From Promethearchaeota archaeon (GTDB taxonomy: Archaea > Asgardarchaeota > Lokiarchaeia > Sigyniarchaeales > SOKP01): a stretch of DNA of 32,000 nt. The notes beneath the pieces are model-generated. The model saw nothing but the letters and a program-made list of their open reading frames with translations. It ran no database searches and was not told the DNA's origin. Made by a program: the position numbers and the translations under genes. Location of the stretch: positions 600,001-632,000 of the forward strand of contig JAUWGH010000001.1 of NCBI GenBank assembly GCA_030606485.1, in the 5' to 3' direction. The first letter of the stretch is position 1. Every line of letters begins with the position of its first letter. Below, piece by piece: positions 19,652-30,170 of the stretch.

Positions 19652-21235
19652 CTAAATTGGATTTTCTTGAACCATTAATTCAATAAATGGATTAAAATAA
19701 TCCTTTTCTTTTTCAAACACACCTTCCAAACCTTTACCACCGTTTATTTTCCTCTTTATTCCAGCAAATATTCCCTTTTCGATTGTGCTGAATAAACCTT
19801 CTTTTTCTATTTCTTTCAAAAGTGAATAAGCTTTATTTAAAACTTCATTAACTCTTTTTTCCATTATTCCACCTTGTTTAAAAGCAATTTCCTCTCCTAA
19901 AGATTTCATATTATTGAAAATATATTTCGCATTTTCTATAGATAATGCTCTATCAGACATAAAAGGAGTGTGTATGGCTTCGGTTAACATTCCAAGTAGA
20001 TGAATTTTCTGATTAGTCATAATAGTTATCATATTAAATAAAGCGTTTTGAATATGGCCCTTAAAGATATTTCCTGACATAAACTTTGTTGGGGGCATAT
20101 ATTTTAAGGGGGCTTTAGGAAATATTTCTCTTGCCATTTGAGCTTGTGCAAGTTCATATAAAAATCCGTTTTCCAACTCAGGATTCATTTCAAAAGCATG
20201 ACCCAAACCAAGTTGTTCTTCTTTTAAACCAGCAAGTAGAGCAAATTGTTCATTTATAAATTGAGAAGCAAGCACGGTATGAGCTGCTTCAAATGCATCA
20301 TCTGTAGTTAAATAATTGTCTTCTCCAGTATTTATAATGACACCTGCAAATGCATTAATCATCCTTGAAAAATATTGATCAATAATAGTTCTTTTCATAT
20401 TAATATCTCTAAATAATATTCCATAAAGAGCATCATTAAGCATCACATCAAGTCTCTCAAATGCTCCCATAGCAGCTATTTCAGGCATGCAAAGTCCAGA
20501 ACAGTAATTAGTTAATCTTATATATCTTCCCAATTCTTCTCCAACTTCATCTAAAGCTTTTCTCATAAGCCTAAAGTTTTCTTGGGTTGCATAAGTACCA
20601 CCAAATCCTTCTGTTGTCGCACCATAAGGCACATAATCAAGAAGACTCTGTCCAGTAGATCTAATAACTGCAATGATATCTGCTCCTTGTTTTGCGGCAG
20701 CTTTTGCTTGAGTGATATCTTCATAGATATTCCCCGTTGCAACAATTATATATAAAAGAGGTCCTTCCTTCTCACCAAATTTTTCAAGATAAGCTTCTCT
20801 CTTTTTTTTATTATTTATTATTTTTTCTAAAGTTTGTTTAGTTAATTTGGTTATAGTTATCTTTATTTCAGATAAATCATTCATCGGAAGTTTTGTCAGA
20901 TCAAGTTCATCTTTTGATATTTTTTCTGCAATCTCTTGAGGGGATAATCTTTTTTGGAGAATTGCATTTCCAATAAAGATAGCCACACCTTTTCCAAGCC
21001 CCTTATCCTTTTTAATATTATTAACAACTACATTCGGTAAAGGAACCCCAAACTCATCTACTCCATCTATACCAAGTAATCTACAGACAGTTCTTTCAAT
21101 TGAGGTTGTAGTGTGTTTATCTATAAATTTTTGGGTGTCTAAAGCAATAGTTTTTGCTGTCTCTCTTGCTTTTTTTACTATTGAGAAATCTAAATTCAAT
21201 TTGCTATTTACTGCTTTATTAATCAATTTTTTCAC
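19652..21235 (-). CDS. kamD: D-lysine/beta-lysine 5,6-aminomutase alpha subunit
   Basis: SKLNLDF, ERTVCRLLGIDGVD, VATGNIYED, RSTGQSLLDYVPYG, NYCSGLCMPEIA, LNDALYGILFRDIN, KYMPPTK and GMLTEAIHTP. GTG start, uncertain. Confidence 0.95.
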   Translation of the reverse strand: MKKLINKAVNSKLNLDFSIVKKARETAKTIALDTQKFIDKHTTTSIERTVCRLLGIDGVDEFGVPLPNVVVNNIKKDKGLGKGVAIFIGNAILQKRLSPQEIAEKISKDELDLTKLPMNDLSEIKITITKLTKQTLEKIINNKKKREAYLEKFGEKEGPLLYIIVATGNIYEDITQAKAAAKQGADIIAVIRSTGQSLLDYVPYGATTEGFGGTYATQENFRLMRKALDEVGEELGRYIRLTNYCSGLCMPEIAAMGAFERLDVMLNDALYGILFRDINMKRTIIDQYFSRMINAFAGVIINTGEDNYLTTDDAFEAAHTVLASQFINEQFALLAGLKEEQLGLGHAFEMNPELENGFLYELAQAQMAREIFPKAPLKYMPPTKFMSGNIFKGHIQNALFNMITIMTNQKIHLLGMLTEAIHTPFMSDRALSIENAKYIFNNMKSLGEEIAFKQGGIMEKRVNEVLNKAYSLLKEIEKEGLFSTIEKGIFAGIKRKINGGKGLEGVFEKEKDYFNPFIELMVQENPI

Positions 21236-21335
21236 TTTAAATATGATATCTTTTTATATTTTTGATTGTATTTACAATTTTCTCTTTACTTCTAAAACCA
21301 TCAATCTTTCCATATTTTAATCTAAATGGTTTTAG

Positions 21336-22367
21336 TTAATCACTAGGTCCAAGATCATAAATGGGGATATTAATATTTTCTTTTAATAATGTTAGAAATT
21401 CATTTTTATCAAACTGGTATCCAAATGGAGAGGTTGGATTTGCGGTTACTGCAATCAACTTTATTGGGTTTAATACTTTTAAGATACCCCCTTTTTTTTG
21501 GAATTTTTCCAGTAAACCTTTACTTAAGAATAATTTTGTACCATCCTCTACCAAAAATGTAACTCCTTTATAGTTATCAGTAGAATCCATTAAATCGCTT
21601 AATAATTTATCAGAAATTGGTCCTTTTATTACGACGTATTTTGAGTTACTATTTAAATTTTCATTTATCTCTGTAGCTGCATCCAGTGAAGTTATTACTT
21701 CTAGCATTTTTATGGAGTTTTTTGAATCAATTATCCCAATTTTTGAGTTTTTGAAAATTTCATTAGCCAATTTGAGTATTTTTTCTTCTTTTTCATTTTC
21801 TATGGTCAATAATTTAACTATATGAGCGGTTAAATCAACAACCTTATGCATATTTTCTGATATAGATGCCCCTGTTGACAGTATTGTAGCATCAGATATT
21901 ACAGGAGCCGCATATGATTTTCTATCAAATGCACCATCCACTAAAATGATATCACATCCTAAATTAATTAATTCTAAACAAATATTAGATAAATATTTAT
22001 TTATCGATGGCCCTGCTAACTCTATATAGCCACTACTCATAACCTTTAATATTTTAACTACTCCTAGTGGTGTATTAAATCCCGTAGTTTTAATAAATTC
22101 CATCTTGATATTACTATTATCAAGACTTTGCTCTGCTGTTGCTACATAAGTTTCCTTTTCAATATAAATGCGTGGTTTTGGTAAACGAGTAATAACGTCA
22201 TACTTTTCTCCATCTCTTCCTATAGAAGTAATCCCCAAATTTCCTTTAAAATTTCTAATAATATGATTTAAAGTCGTAGTTTTCCCCGTATTTTTCCCCA
22301 TTCCAATAATTGATATAATTTTGTATTTTTTAATCATATCAAGAAGTTGTATCGAGATCACCATCAT
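21336..22367 (-). CDS. kamB: KamB-like lysine 5,6-aminomutase reactivase subunit
   Basis: SIIGMGKNTGKTTTLN, ITSIGRDGE, KPRIY, TPLG, LAGPS and LVDGAFDRKS. Lies directly downstream of kamA, as in clostridial/fusobacterial clusters. Start may be a few codons later. Confidence 0.8.
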   Translation of the reverse strand: MMVISIQLLDMIKKYKIISIIGMGKNTGKTTTLNHIIRNFKGNLGITSIGRDGEKYDVITRLPKPRIYIEKETYVATAEQSLDNSNIKMEFIKTTGFNTPLGVVKILKVMSSGYIELAGPSINKYLSNICLELINLGCDIILVDGAFDRKSYAAPVISDATILSTGASISENMHKVVDLTAHIVKLLTIENEKEEKILKLANEIFKNSKIGIIDSKNSIKMLEVITSLDAATEINENLNSNSKYVVIKGPISDKLLSDLMDSTDNYKGVTFLVEDGTKLFLSKGLLEKFQKKGGILKVLNPIKLIAVTANPTSPFGYQFDKNEFLTLLKENINIPIYDLGPSD

Positions 22368-22428
22368 CTTTCGTAATTAAAAGAATAGATTTCATTTTAA
22401 ATATTAAATATTTTCAATGCTTTTACTT

Positions 22429-23673
22429 TTATTTACTTAAACTCCTTTTCCTTATATTACGTTCTAGATCTTCTGGTTCAATTGTTATTTTTTGTCCATT
22501 CAATAGTCCTGCGACACCAATTAGTTTCTCTCGATCTTCACAGTTACATTGTGGTTGATAATCAGATGGCTCTGCATACGTTGTGATAACTCCCTCAAAA
22601 TTCCTTAACACAACTCGACTATTGCCTTGAGAAATAATATAATTCGGAAATATTGGTATCTTACCCCCGCCACCAGGTGCATCAACTACAAATGTAGGTA
22701 CGCATAAACCGGAAGTATGGCCCCTTAAACCCTCGATAATTTCAATACCTTGGGCGATACTTGTTCTAAAATGCTTAAGTCCCATAGATAAATCGCATTG
22801 GTAAATATAATATGGTCTAACCCTTATTTTTACTAGTTCATGGACTAGTTTTTTCATTACATGAATACAGTCATTTACTCCTCTTAATAATACTGATTGA
22901 TTACCAAGAGGTATGCCTGCATCAGCAATCATTTCACAAGCTTTTTTGGATTCCTCAGTAATCTCATTTGAATGATTAAAGTGAGTATTAAACCAAATTG
23001 GATGATATTTCTTAAGCATATCAACTAATTCTTGATTAATCCTTTGGGGCATTACAACGGGAGTTCTTGAACCTATACGAATAATTTCAACGTGGGGAAT
23101 CTCCCTTAACTTTTTTATTATATACTCCAATTCTTTATCAGAAATTAATAAAGCATCTCCTCCAGACAATAAAACATCCCTTATGGCTGGAGTTTTGGCA
23201 ATATATTCTATTGCATCATTGATCTGCGACTTTGGGGGAGCTTTATCATGATGTCCGGCAAATCTTCTCCTTGTACAATGCCTACAATACATTGAACAAT
23301 TCTCTGTGATTAAAAAAAGTACTCTATCTGGGTATCTATGAGTTAAACCCTTAACTGGTGCATCTTCATCTTCATGAAGAGGATCATGCAGATCATCTTC
23401 ACACTTTTCTAATTCAAATACTGTTGGGATTGCTTGTTTTCTTACGGGATCATCTTTATCATTAACATCTATTAAAGATAAATAATATGGAGTTATTGCC
23501 ATCCTCATAGATTCCAAACATTTCTTGATTCCTTCCTCTTCCTCTTTACTAAGAGGGATATACTTTTTTAAATCATCCAAAGTAGTTATTCTGTTTCTAA
23601 ACTGCCAATGCCAATCATTCCATTGTTCATCTGGAACGTCCTTAAAGAGTTCAAATCTTCTATATACCTTCAT
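22429..23673 (-). CDS. kamA: L-lysine 2,3-aminomutase (radical SAM, PLP)
   Basis: WNDWHWQ, GLTHRYPDRVL, CSMYCRHCTRRR, DVLLSGGD, PLGNQSVLLRGVND, YQCD, GLRGHTSG and DAPGGGGKIP. Confidence 0.97.
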   Translation of the reverse strand: MKVYRRFELFKDVPDEQWNDWHWQFRNRITTLDDLKKYIPLSKEEEEGIKKCLESMRMAITPYYLSLIDVNDKDDPVRKQAIPTVFELEKCEDDLHDPLHEDEDAPVKGLTHRYPDRVLFLITENCSMYCRHCTRRRFAGHHDKAPPKSQINDAIEYIAKTPAIRDVLLSGGDALLISDKELEYIIKKLREIPHVEIIRIGSRTPVVMPQRINQELVDMLKKYHPIWFNTHFNHSNEITEESKKACEMIADAGIPLGNQSVLLRGVNDCIHVMKKLVHELVKIRVRPYYIYQCDLSMGLKHFRTSIAQGIEIIEGLRGHTSGLCVPTFVVDAPGGGGKIPIFPNYIISQGNSRVVLRNFEGVITTYAEPSDYQPQCNCEDREKLIGVAGLLNGQKITIEPEDLERNIRKRSLSK

Positions 23674-23714
23674 TTGTTCTGCCTTTTTTTCATTATTTTG
23701 TATACTTATTTATA

Positions 23715-24752
23715 TTAAACGTACTTTTCCTCAAAAATTTTCCTTAATTTATCAGATTCTCTTAACTCATCTAAAGCTATTTGAGAGTGACCTTTTGTGT
23801 ATCCATTTCCAATTATCATTACAACATCTTTCCCAACACCTTCTGCTCCTAATGCTGCCTTTGCAAAACTTGTTGCCATGGAAAAGAAATACACTATTCC
23901 ATTTTCCTTAACAGGGAGAATACTAGACATCTCTGTATTGGGGATACTTAAACAATTAATCGAAATATCAACTTCTATTCCGTTATTTACTTTTAAAGTT
24001 TCATTTAAAATTTCTATGGGTTTAAGAACATCTGCGACAATTACTTCATGGCAAAACTCTGTACTTTTAAGAAATTTGGCACGTTTTTCATTTCGAGCTT
24101 GTCCTATTACTTTACCCTGCGGTCCAACTTTTTTTTTAGCCATATAAGAGCACATTAATCCGGATTTTCCAGTTGCTCCAAGTATTAAGACACAATCTCC
24201 CGATTTCACAAGTTTTGTAGTTTGTGCTGGAGCACCTGCAACATCAAGAGCGGCTAATGCTAATGTATCTTCTATATCTTCCGGAAGCTTTGCATATATT
24301 CCACTTTCAAAAAGTATCGCCTTCCCATTAATATCAACTCGCTCAATATCAGGTTTTATATCCAGAATTTTATCGATTCTAAGTGGTGTTAATGTAAGTG
24401 ATACTAATGTAGCAATTTTATCTCCAACTTTCAAATCAATTTTTTCTTTTAATGAGTTTCCAATTTGCTCTACTTTTCCAATTAACATTCCTCCAGAACC
24501 AGTTACAGGATTCTGCATTTTACCCTTATCATTTACAATTTCTAAAATTTTAATTTTTATTTTTTCTAAATTTCCGTCTGCTTCCTCCTTAAGTTGAGAA
24601 AAACTAGCAGAATCGATATTTAGTGAAATAACATCGATTAATAGTTCATTATCATATAACTCCATATCATTTGATATTTTATTTGCTGTTTGGGGTAATA
24701 CACCTTGTGGTTCAATTACTCTATGTGTTCCATATTTTGATCCTTTTTTCAT
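23715..24752 (-). CDS. kdd: L-erythro-3,5-diaminohexanoate dehydrogenase
   Basis: KYGTHRVIEP.GVLPQ, LNIDSASF, NPVTGSGGML, ATLVSLTLTPL, LAALDVAGAP, FSMATSF and AALGAEG. Confidence 0.95.
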   Translation of the reverse strand: MKKGSKYGTHRVIEPQGVLPQTANKISNDMELYDNELLIDVISLNIDSASFSQLKEEADGNLEKIKIKILEIVNDKGKMQNPVTGSGGMLIGKVEQIGNSLKEKIDLKVGDKIATLVSLTLTPLRIDKILDIKPDIERVDINGKAILFESGIYAKLPEDIEDTLALAALDVAGAPAQTTKLVKSGDCVLILGATGKSGLMCSYMAKKKVGPQGKVIGQARNEKRAKFLKSTEFCHEVIVADVLKPIEILNETLKVNNGIEVDISINCLSIPNTEMSSILPVKENGIVYFFSMATSFAKAALGAEGVGKDVVMIIGNGYTKGHSQIALDELRESDKLRKIFEEKYV

Positions 24753-24817
24753 AATATCATCCTAATTAGGTTAATTTAAGATACATAATTAAAATATATA
24801 TTATTGGTAAGAACTAT

Positions 24818-25525
24818 CTATTTTTTTACTCCAATATAAAGCCCTCTGTCTTTTATTAAACCTTTTTTTAAAAATTCTGGTTTAAATCCTGTTTCTTTCA
24901 TAAATTCTAAAGTTTTATCAATTTCAAAAAGTCCCAATTCATGTCTATCCTTATAATATTTAATTTCTTTATTTCTCTCCGCAATCAAATAGTGCATATC
25001 CAGAACCGAGAGATTTCCTTCAATTTTTGAAATATTTAATCTTGCGATTTTTATATCTTCACCATCATAAGTATTCATATGTGGAAATCCTTCTATATAA
25101 GTGGATTTTGTAAGCCATGGTTCAAATATCACAACCCCACATCTTTTTAAGTGGTTTGCAAAATTTTGAATACATTGTTTTAAATTTGAATAAGTTTTTA
25201 CATAACCAATTGAACTAAATAAGCAAATAATTATATCAAATTTCTTATTAAGATTTAATGTAATCATGTCTGCTTTTTTGAAACTAACTCCCCTAACATT
25301 TTTTTTCGCAATATTTATCATTTCTTCATTAATATCAACACCCATACAAGAAAAAGTATTCTTTAAATACTCTAAGTGCTTTCCAGTACCACAAGCAATA
25401 TCTAGAAGCTCATTTCCATCCGATTTTTTATATTTTAAAATTAACTTTTTAATTTTTTTAGCTTCTTTCTTATAATCTTTCCATGAATAAATCAAATCAT
25501 AATATGAGGCAATTTCTCTATACAT
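24818..25525 (-). CDS. Class I SAM-dependent methyltransferase (TylM1/DesVI N-methyltransferase-like)
   Basis: YYDLIYSWKDYKKEA, LLDIACGTGKH, DIIICLFSSIGY, VVIFEPW and HELGLF. Confidence 0.8.
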   Translation of the reverse strand: MYREIASYYDLIYSWKDYKKEAKKIKKLILKYKKSDGNELLDIACGTGKHLEYLKNTFSCMGVDINEEMINIAKKNVRGVSFKKADMITLNLNKKFDIIICLFSSIGYVKTYSNLKQCIQNFANHLKRCGVVIFEPWLTKSTYIEGFPHMNTYDGEDIKIARLNISKIEGNLSVLDMHYLIAERNKEIKYYKDRHELGLFEIDKTLEFMKETGFKPEFLKKGLIKDRGLYIGVKK

Positions 25526-25555
25526 AATTGAATCTTATTTTATTATTATATTAAT

Positions 25556-26380
25556 TTAATTCAATCCTAATATTTTCCTTGCTTCCATAGGAGTAGCAAT
25601 ATCTCTTCCTAATTCCCTTGAGATTCTTACAACCTTCTCGACTAATTCTCCATTGGATTTTGCTAAAACTCCTTTTGATAAGTACACATTATCTTCAAAT
25701 CCAACTCTTGCATGACCACCCATTATTATTGATAAAGTTACCATTGGATACTCATGTCTTCCTATAGCACATACTGAATATGTAGAATCTTTAGGAATGC
25801 TTTCAACTAAAAAAGTCAAATCTCTTGCACTTGCCTTTATACCGCCATTAACACCTAATACAAAGCTAAAATGCATCGGATCTTTGATATATCCTTTATC
25901 ATGTAATTTTAAGGCCATATCAACCATACCCTTATCAAAACATTCTAATTCCGGCTTAATACCCCGTTCATTCATTTTTTTAGCAAATTCTATAATAGTA
26001 TTTTCAGTATTTATAAAAATCTCATCTCCGCCAAAATTACAAGTACCACAGTCAAGAGTAGCCATTTCAGGAGGAGGTTCTAAGTAAATCGGTTGGAGCC
26101 TTTCTTTATTACTCATACCTACAACCCCGCCAGTGGAAGGTTGAATTATAACATCTGGACATCGATTTTTTATCTCTTCTATACACACTTTGAATTTGTC
26201 TATATTTTGAGTAGGAGTGCCATCATCTTCTCTCACATGCAAATGGATAATACTGGCTCCAGCTTTATATGCCAATTCAGCTTCCTTTCCTATTTCATCA
26301 ATAGAATACGGAATATTGGGATTAAGTTCTTTTGTTACTTCTGCTCCACATATAGCAGCAGTAATAATCAATTTTTCCAT
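25556..26380 (-). CDS. kce: 3-keto-5-aminohexanoate cleavage enzyme (BKACE)
   Basis: LIITAAICGAE, IIHLHVR (Zn His pair), STGG, EMATLDCGTCNFG, KPELECFD and GGHARVGFEDN. Confidence 0.95.
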   Translation of the reverse strand: MEKLIITAAICGAEVTKELNPNIPYSIDEIGKEAELAYKAGASIIHLHVREDDGTPTQNIDKFKVCIEEIKNRCPDVIIQPSTGGVVGMSNKERLQPIYLEPPPEMATLDCGTCNFGGDEIFINTENTIIEFAKKMNERGIKPELECFDKGMVDMALKLHDKGYIKDPMHFSFVLGVNGGIKASARDLTFLVESIPKDSTYSVCAIGRHEYPMVTLSIIMGGHARVGFEDNVYLSKGVLAKSNGELVEKVVRISRELGRDIATPMEARKILGLN

Positions 26381-26488
26381 TAAAAATCCCTGATAATATT
26401 TAAAGAAATTGAAAAATTTAAATTAAAAATTATTTAGTAAAATATTCAATAAAGAAAATCTTATAGCTTTTTATGTAATTCGATTTTA

Positions 26489-27131
<643 letters not shown>

Positions 27132-27231
27132 TTATAATAATTCTCAGGAATAAATATTTTTTAACCAGTATTCAGAAATAAGAATTATTTTGAATTTTTA
27201 AATTGTAAGATAAAATTAAAGTCTAAAGAAA

Positions 27232-28476
27232 TTATAATAATTTTTTGCATTCATTTAAAGATTCTTTAATCATATTGGCAGCATGATCCAAATCTTCATC
27301 AGTATGTCGATAACATACATAACCATGATGATATGGTTGAAGGAATATACGCCGACGAATTAACTGTGTATAAAATTCTTCACGCAATTTTTTATATAAA
27401 AAGTTTGGATCACGTTGAAAAGTGATATAAGGCATCCAAGGATCACCTGAAAATGTGCATGGAATACCACTATCTTTTATGATATCTTTAACCTTAGATG
27501 CAAAACGACTCCCTCTTTCATTAATAACGTCTAAAACCATTTCTCGCTCTAAAATTTCAATAGTTTTAAGTGCCGCTACTTGAGCAAGACTATTTGGCCA
27601 AAATGTAGAAGTAATAAATACTTTTTCGATTAAAGCATCCATATATTCTTTTTTACCGACACAAACACTGATCGGATAACCATTTGCCATTGATTTTCCA
27701 AATGCGGCAAGATCCGGAATCACATCAAATTTTTTTTGGGCACCCCCCAAATTTACACGAAAACCTGTACGAATTTCATCATAAATTAAAAGAGAGTCAT
27801 ATTTAGTTGCCAACTTGCGAATACCTTTTAAAAAACCAGGTTTAGGCATCTGAACTTCATGACCTCCTTGATGATCGATAGGGGTTAAAATAATTGCTGC
27901 TACATCATTACCATACTGTCCCATTATGTTTTCAGCTTGATCAAGGTTATTGTATTCAAATTCATAAACATCTTCAAAAGACTTTTTAGGAATTCCACCT
28001 TTTTGTTCAACACACCAACTATGCCACCCATGATAACCACAACGAAGCACCTTTATCCGTCCTGTATATCCACGAGCAACACGAATAGCAATAGTTGTTG
28101 CCTCAGAACCGGTTTTTACAAAAACTGCTTTCTCACAGCATGGAATTAATTCAATCAATTTCTTTGCTAATTTATTTTGAACCTGTTGGGTTAATGACAT
28201 GCAAAACCCTTTATTTTTTATCTGTTGTATTACAACATCATCAATTTCTTCTTCCCGATGACCAATAATAATCGGACCATAAGCGCAAAGCATATCAAGA
28301 AATTCATTACCATCTACATCAATGACTTTTCCTCCTTTACCCTTTTCAAAGAAGATTGGATATTCTCCCTCTACAAAATTATAAGGGCGACGGATTCCTA
28401 ATATGGCACCAGGAATAAGTTTCAAAGCATCTTCATACAATTGATTTGATTTTTCCAACTTTAATTTTTTAGCCAA
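27232..28476 (-). CDS. kat: 3-aminobutyryl-CoA aminotransferase (class III PLP, Kat-like)
   Basis: Class III motifs LIYDEIRTGFR and AFGKSMANG. GIRRPYNFVEGEYPIFF and FLQPYHHGYVCYRHTDEDL match Kat of Ca. Cloacamonas acidaminovorans as I recall it, and the gene sits next to kce. Start placed at the second TTG (28476), 7 nt after an AAGGGAG SD, rather than at 28482. Confidence 0.85.
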   Translation of the reverse strand: MAKKLKLEKSNQLYEDALKLIPGAILGIRRPYNFVEGEYPIFFEKGKGGKVIDVDGNEFLDMLCAYGPIIIGHREEEIDDVVIQQIKNKGFCMSLTQQVQNKLAKKLIELIPCCEKAVFVKTGSEATTIAIRVARGYTGRIKVLRCGYHGWHSWCVEQKGGIPKKSFEDVYEFEYNNLDQAENIMGQYGNDVAAIILTPIDHQGGHEVQMPKPGFLKGIRKLATKYDSLLIYDEIRTGFRVNLGGAQKKFDVIPDLAAFGKSMANGYPISVCVGKKEYMDALIEKVFITSTFWPNSLAQVAALKTIEILEREMVLDVINERGSRFASKVKDIIKDSGIPCTFSGDPWMPYITFQRDPNFLYKKLREEFYTQLIRRRIFLQPYHHGYVCYRHTDEDLDHAANMIKESLNECKKLL

Positions 28477-28706
28477 TTTCAAACTCCCTTTTCTTTAATG
28501 ATTAATGCAATTAAATATAATTATTGAAGATTTCTAAAAACTTATTTTATTTCTTTTTAATTTCTTAAAATTTGAATATTTTTTACTTTTTCTAAGTAAA
28601 TTATTAATTTTAATAAAATATGAATAATCCAATTTTTAAAGTGTGACAAAATAATTTTAAATATGGTCTCATAAAGAATTAAAACAGATTAAAATTGATC
28701 ATCAAA

Positions 28707-29570
28707 ATGCAAAAAGAAAAAATTATAGATGGGAAAAAACTCGCTGAAGAATTGAACCAAAAATTAAAAAAACAAATCGAAATTACAATTAAAAAAACCG
28801 GAATTAAACCAAAATTAGCTACTATCCTTGTAGGAGATAGTCCGGCTTCAAAAGTATATCTCAATATTAAGAAAAAAATATGTGATAAAGTTAATATTGA
28901 AAGTGTATCCATAGAATTAGATAAAAATGTTAATAAAAATCAACTTTTAAATGAAATAAATCGATTAAATACTGATACTTCCGTTCATGGAATTTTATTG
29001 CAATTACCACTCCCACAAAATCTAATAGAAGATACAAATCAATTTTTAGCTACAATTGATCCAAATAAAGATGTTGATGGATTACACCCCATGAATACAG
29101 GAAATTTATTCAATTATAACGAATATTTGAGTCCTTGTACTCCAAAAGGCATTATTAAGTTATTGGAATATTATAATATTGATCTCTCTGGAAAAGATGT
29201 AACAATTATCAATAGAAGTAGGCTTGTTGGGAAGCCCTTGATTTTCATGCTATTAAAAAGAAATGCTACTATCAGTGTTTGCCATACTAAAACTAAAGAT
29301 ATAAATAAATATATTAAGAACGCTGATATTTTAATTGTTGCAGTAGGAAAGCCGAAATTTATAAAAGTAGATCAAATTAAAGAAGGAGTTGTAATTATTG
29401 ACGTGGGAATTACGCGCATCGACGGAAATTTATATGGGGATGCAGATTTTGAAAATGTCCTTCCAAAAGTCTCAAGAATAACGCCAGTTCCCGGAGGAGT
29501 GGGACCAATGACGACTCATATGCTTATGCAAAATACTTATAATACTTTTAAAAACTTAATTAAAATATAA
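28707..29570 (+). CDS. folD: Methylenetetrahydrofolate dehydrogenase/cyclohydrolase
   Basis: IIDGKKLA, LATILVGD, GILLQLPLP, KDVDGLHP, PCTPKG, NRSRLVGKP, CHTKT, IDVG and TPVPGGVGPMT. ATG 28707 preferred over TTG 28695. Confidence 0.95.
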   Translation: MQKEKIIDGKKLAEELNQKLKKQIEITIKKTGIKPKLATILVGDSPASKVYLNIKKKICDKVNIESVSIELDKNVNKNQLLNEINRLNTDTSVHGILLQLPLPQNLIEDTNQFLATIDPNKDVDGLHPMNTGNLFNYNEYLSPCTPKGIIKLLEYYNIDLSGKDVTIINRSRLVGKPLIFMLLKRNATISVCHTKTKDINKYIKNADILIVAVGKPKFIKVDQIKEGVVIIDVGITRIDGNLYGDADFENVLPKVSRITPVPGGVGPMTTHMLMQNTYNTFKNLIKI

Positions 29571-29672
29571 TATGGTAAAGAATCAGAATAGAAATATTTT
29601 ATAAAATCATAATTTATTTATTACTTGATTATTTTAATTATAATCTTAAAATTTTCAATAAAATAGGCCCCT

Positions 29673-30128
29673 ATGCCAATATATGAAGCTGGAATTAATT
29701 TAGGAAATAGAAATTTAATTCAAATTAAATATTATATCTCCCCTGAACAACTTGATCCAAATTTAAGAGCCGGATTTCTCCAGGCACTTGATGGATTTAG
29801 TCACGAAGTCATGGGCGACGATATCGATACTATATCACTTGCTTCATTTAAGTTAGTTTGTGTTTCTATTCCATTAGCACTACCGGGGGTTTCAACTCCT
29901 GAAGATACCTTACCTCTAATTTCTTATGCAATTATTGATAAAAAACTTTCTGTAGAAACTGTAAAAGAACAGTTAGATTTAGTTTCTCGGCGATTTACTA
30001 ACAGATACTCAATAAATGATATTTTTTCGAAAAAGCCTAAATATTTTAGAAAATTTACATCTTTATTTGATGAGATTTTGGGTGATTTGAAGCTTAAAGA
30101 AGAAGATCGATTTAAATCAATATTATAA
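29673..30128 (+). CDS. Longin-like domain protein (Asgard type)
   Basis: Pattern DPNLRAGFLQALDGFSHEVMGDDIDTISLASFKLV ... LDLVSRRFTNRY ... FRKFTSLFDEIL resembles Asgard longins and sedlin/AP-sigma folds. Confidence 0.65.
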   Translation: MPIYEAGINLGNRNLIQIKYYISPEQLDPNLRAGFLQALDGFSHEVMGDDIDTISLASFKLVCVSIPLALPGVSTPEDTLPLISYAIIDKKLSVETVKEQLDLVSRRFTNRYSINDIFSKKPKYFRKFTSLFDEILGDLKLKEEDRFKSIL

Positions 30129-30170
30129 AAATTCAATTAAAAATATTTAAAGTAGAATGGGAAAAATACT

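Noticed and set aside
21236-21335. Possible kamC remnant (minus-strand LKPFRLKYGKIDGFRSKEKIVNTIKNIKRYHI*)
   Set aside because: No convincing similarity to the KamC termini as I recall them, and too short to call.
22429-23673. EF-P beta-lysylation (EpmB) or osmolyte (AblA) role for the aminomutase
   Set aside because: The context is kdd/kce/kamDE, with no epmA or ablB nearby.
27232-28482. Glutamate-1-semialdehyde aminomutase (hemL) call for the class III aminotransferase
   Set aside because: Kat-like sequence blocks and the position next to kce fit 3-aminobutyryl-CoA aminotransferase better. No tetrapyrrole genes nearby.
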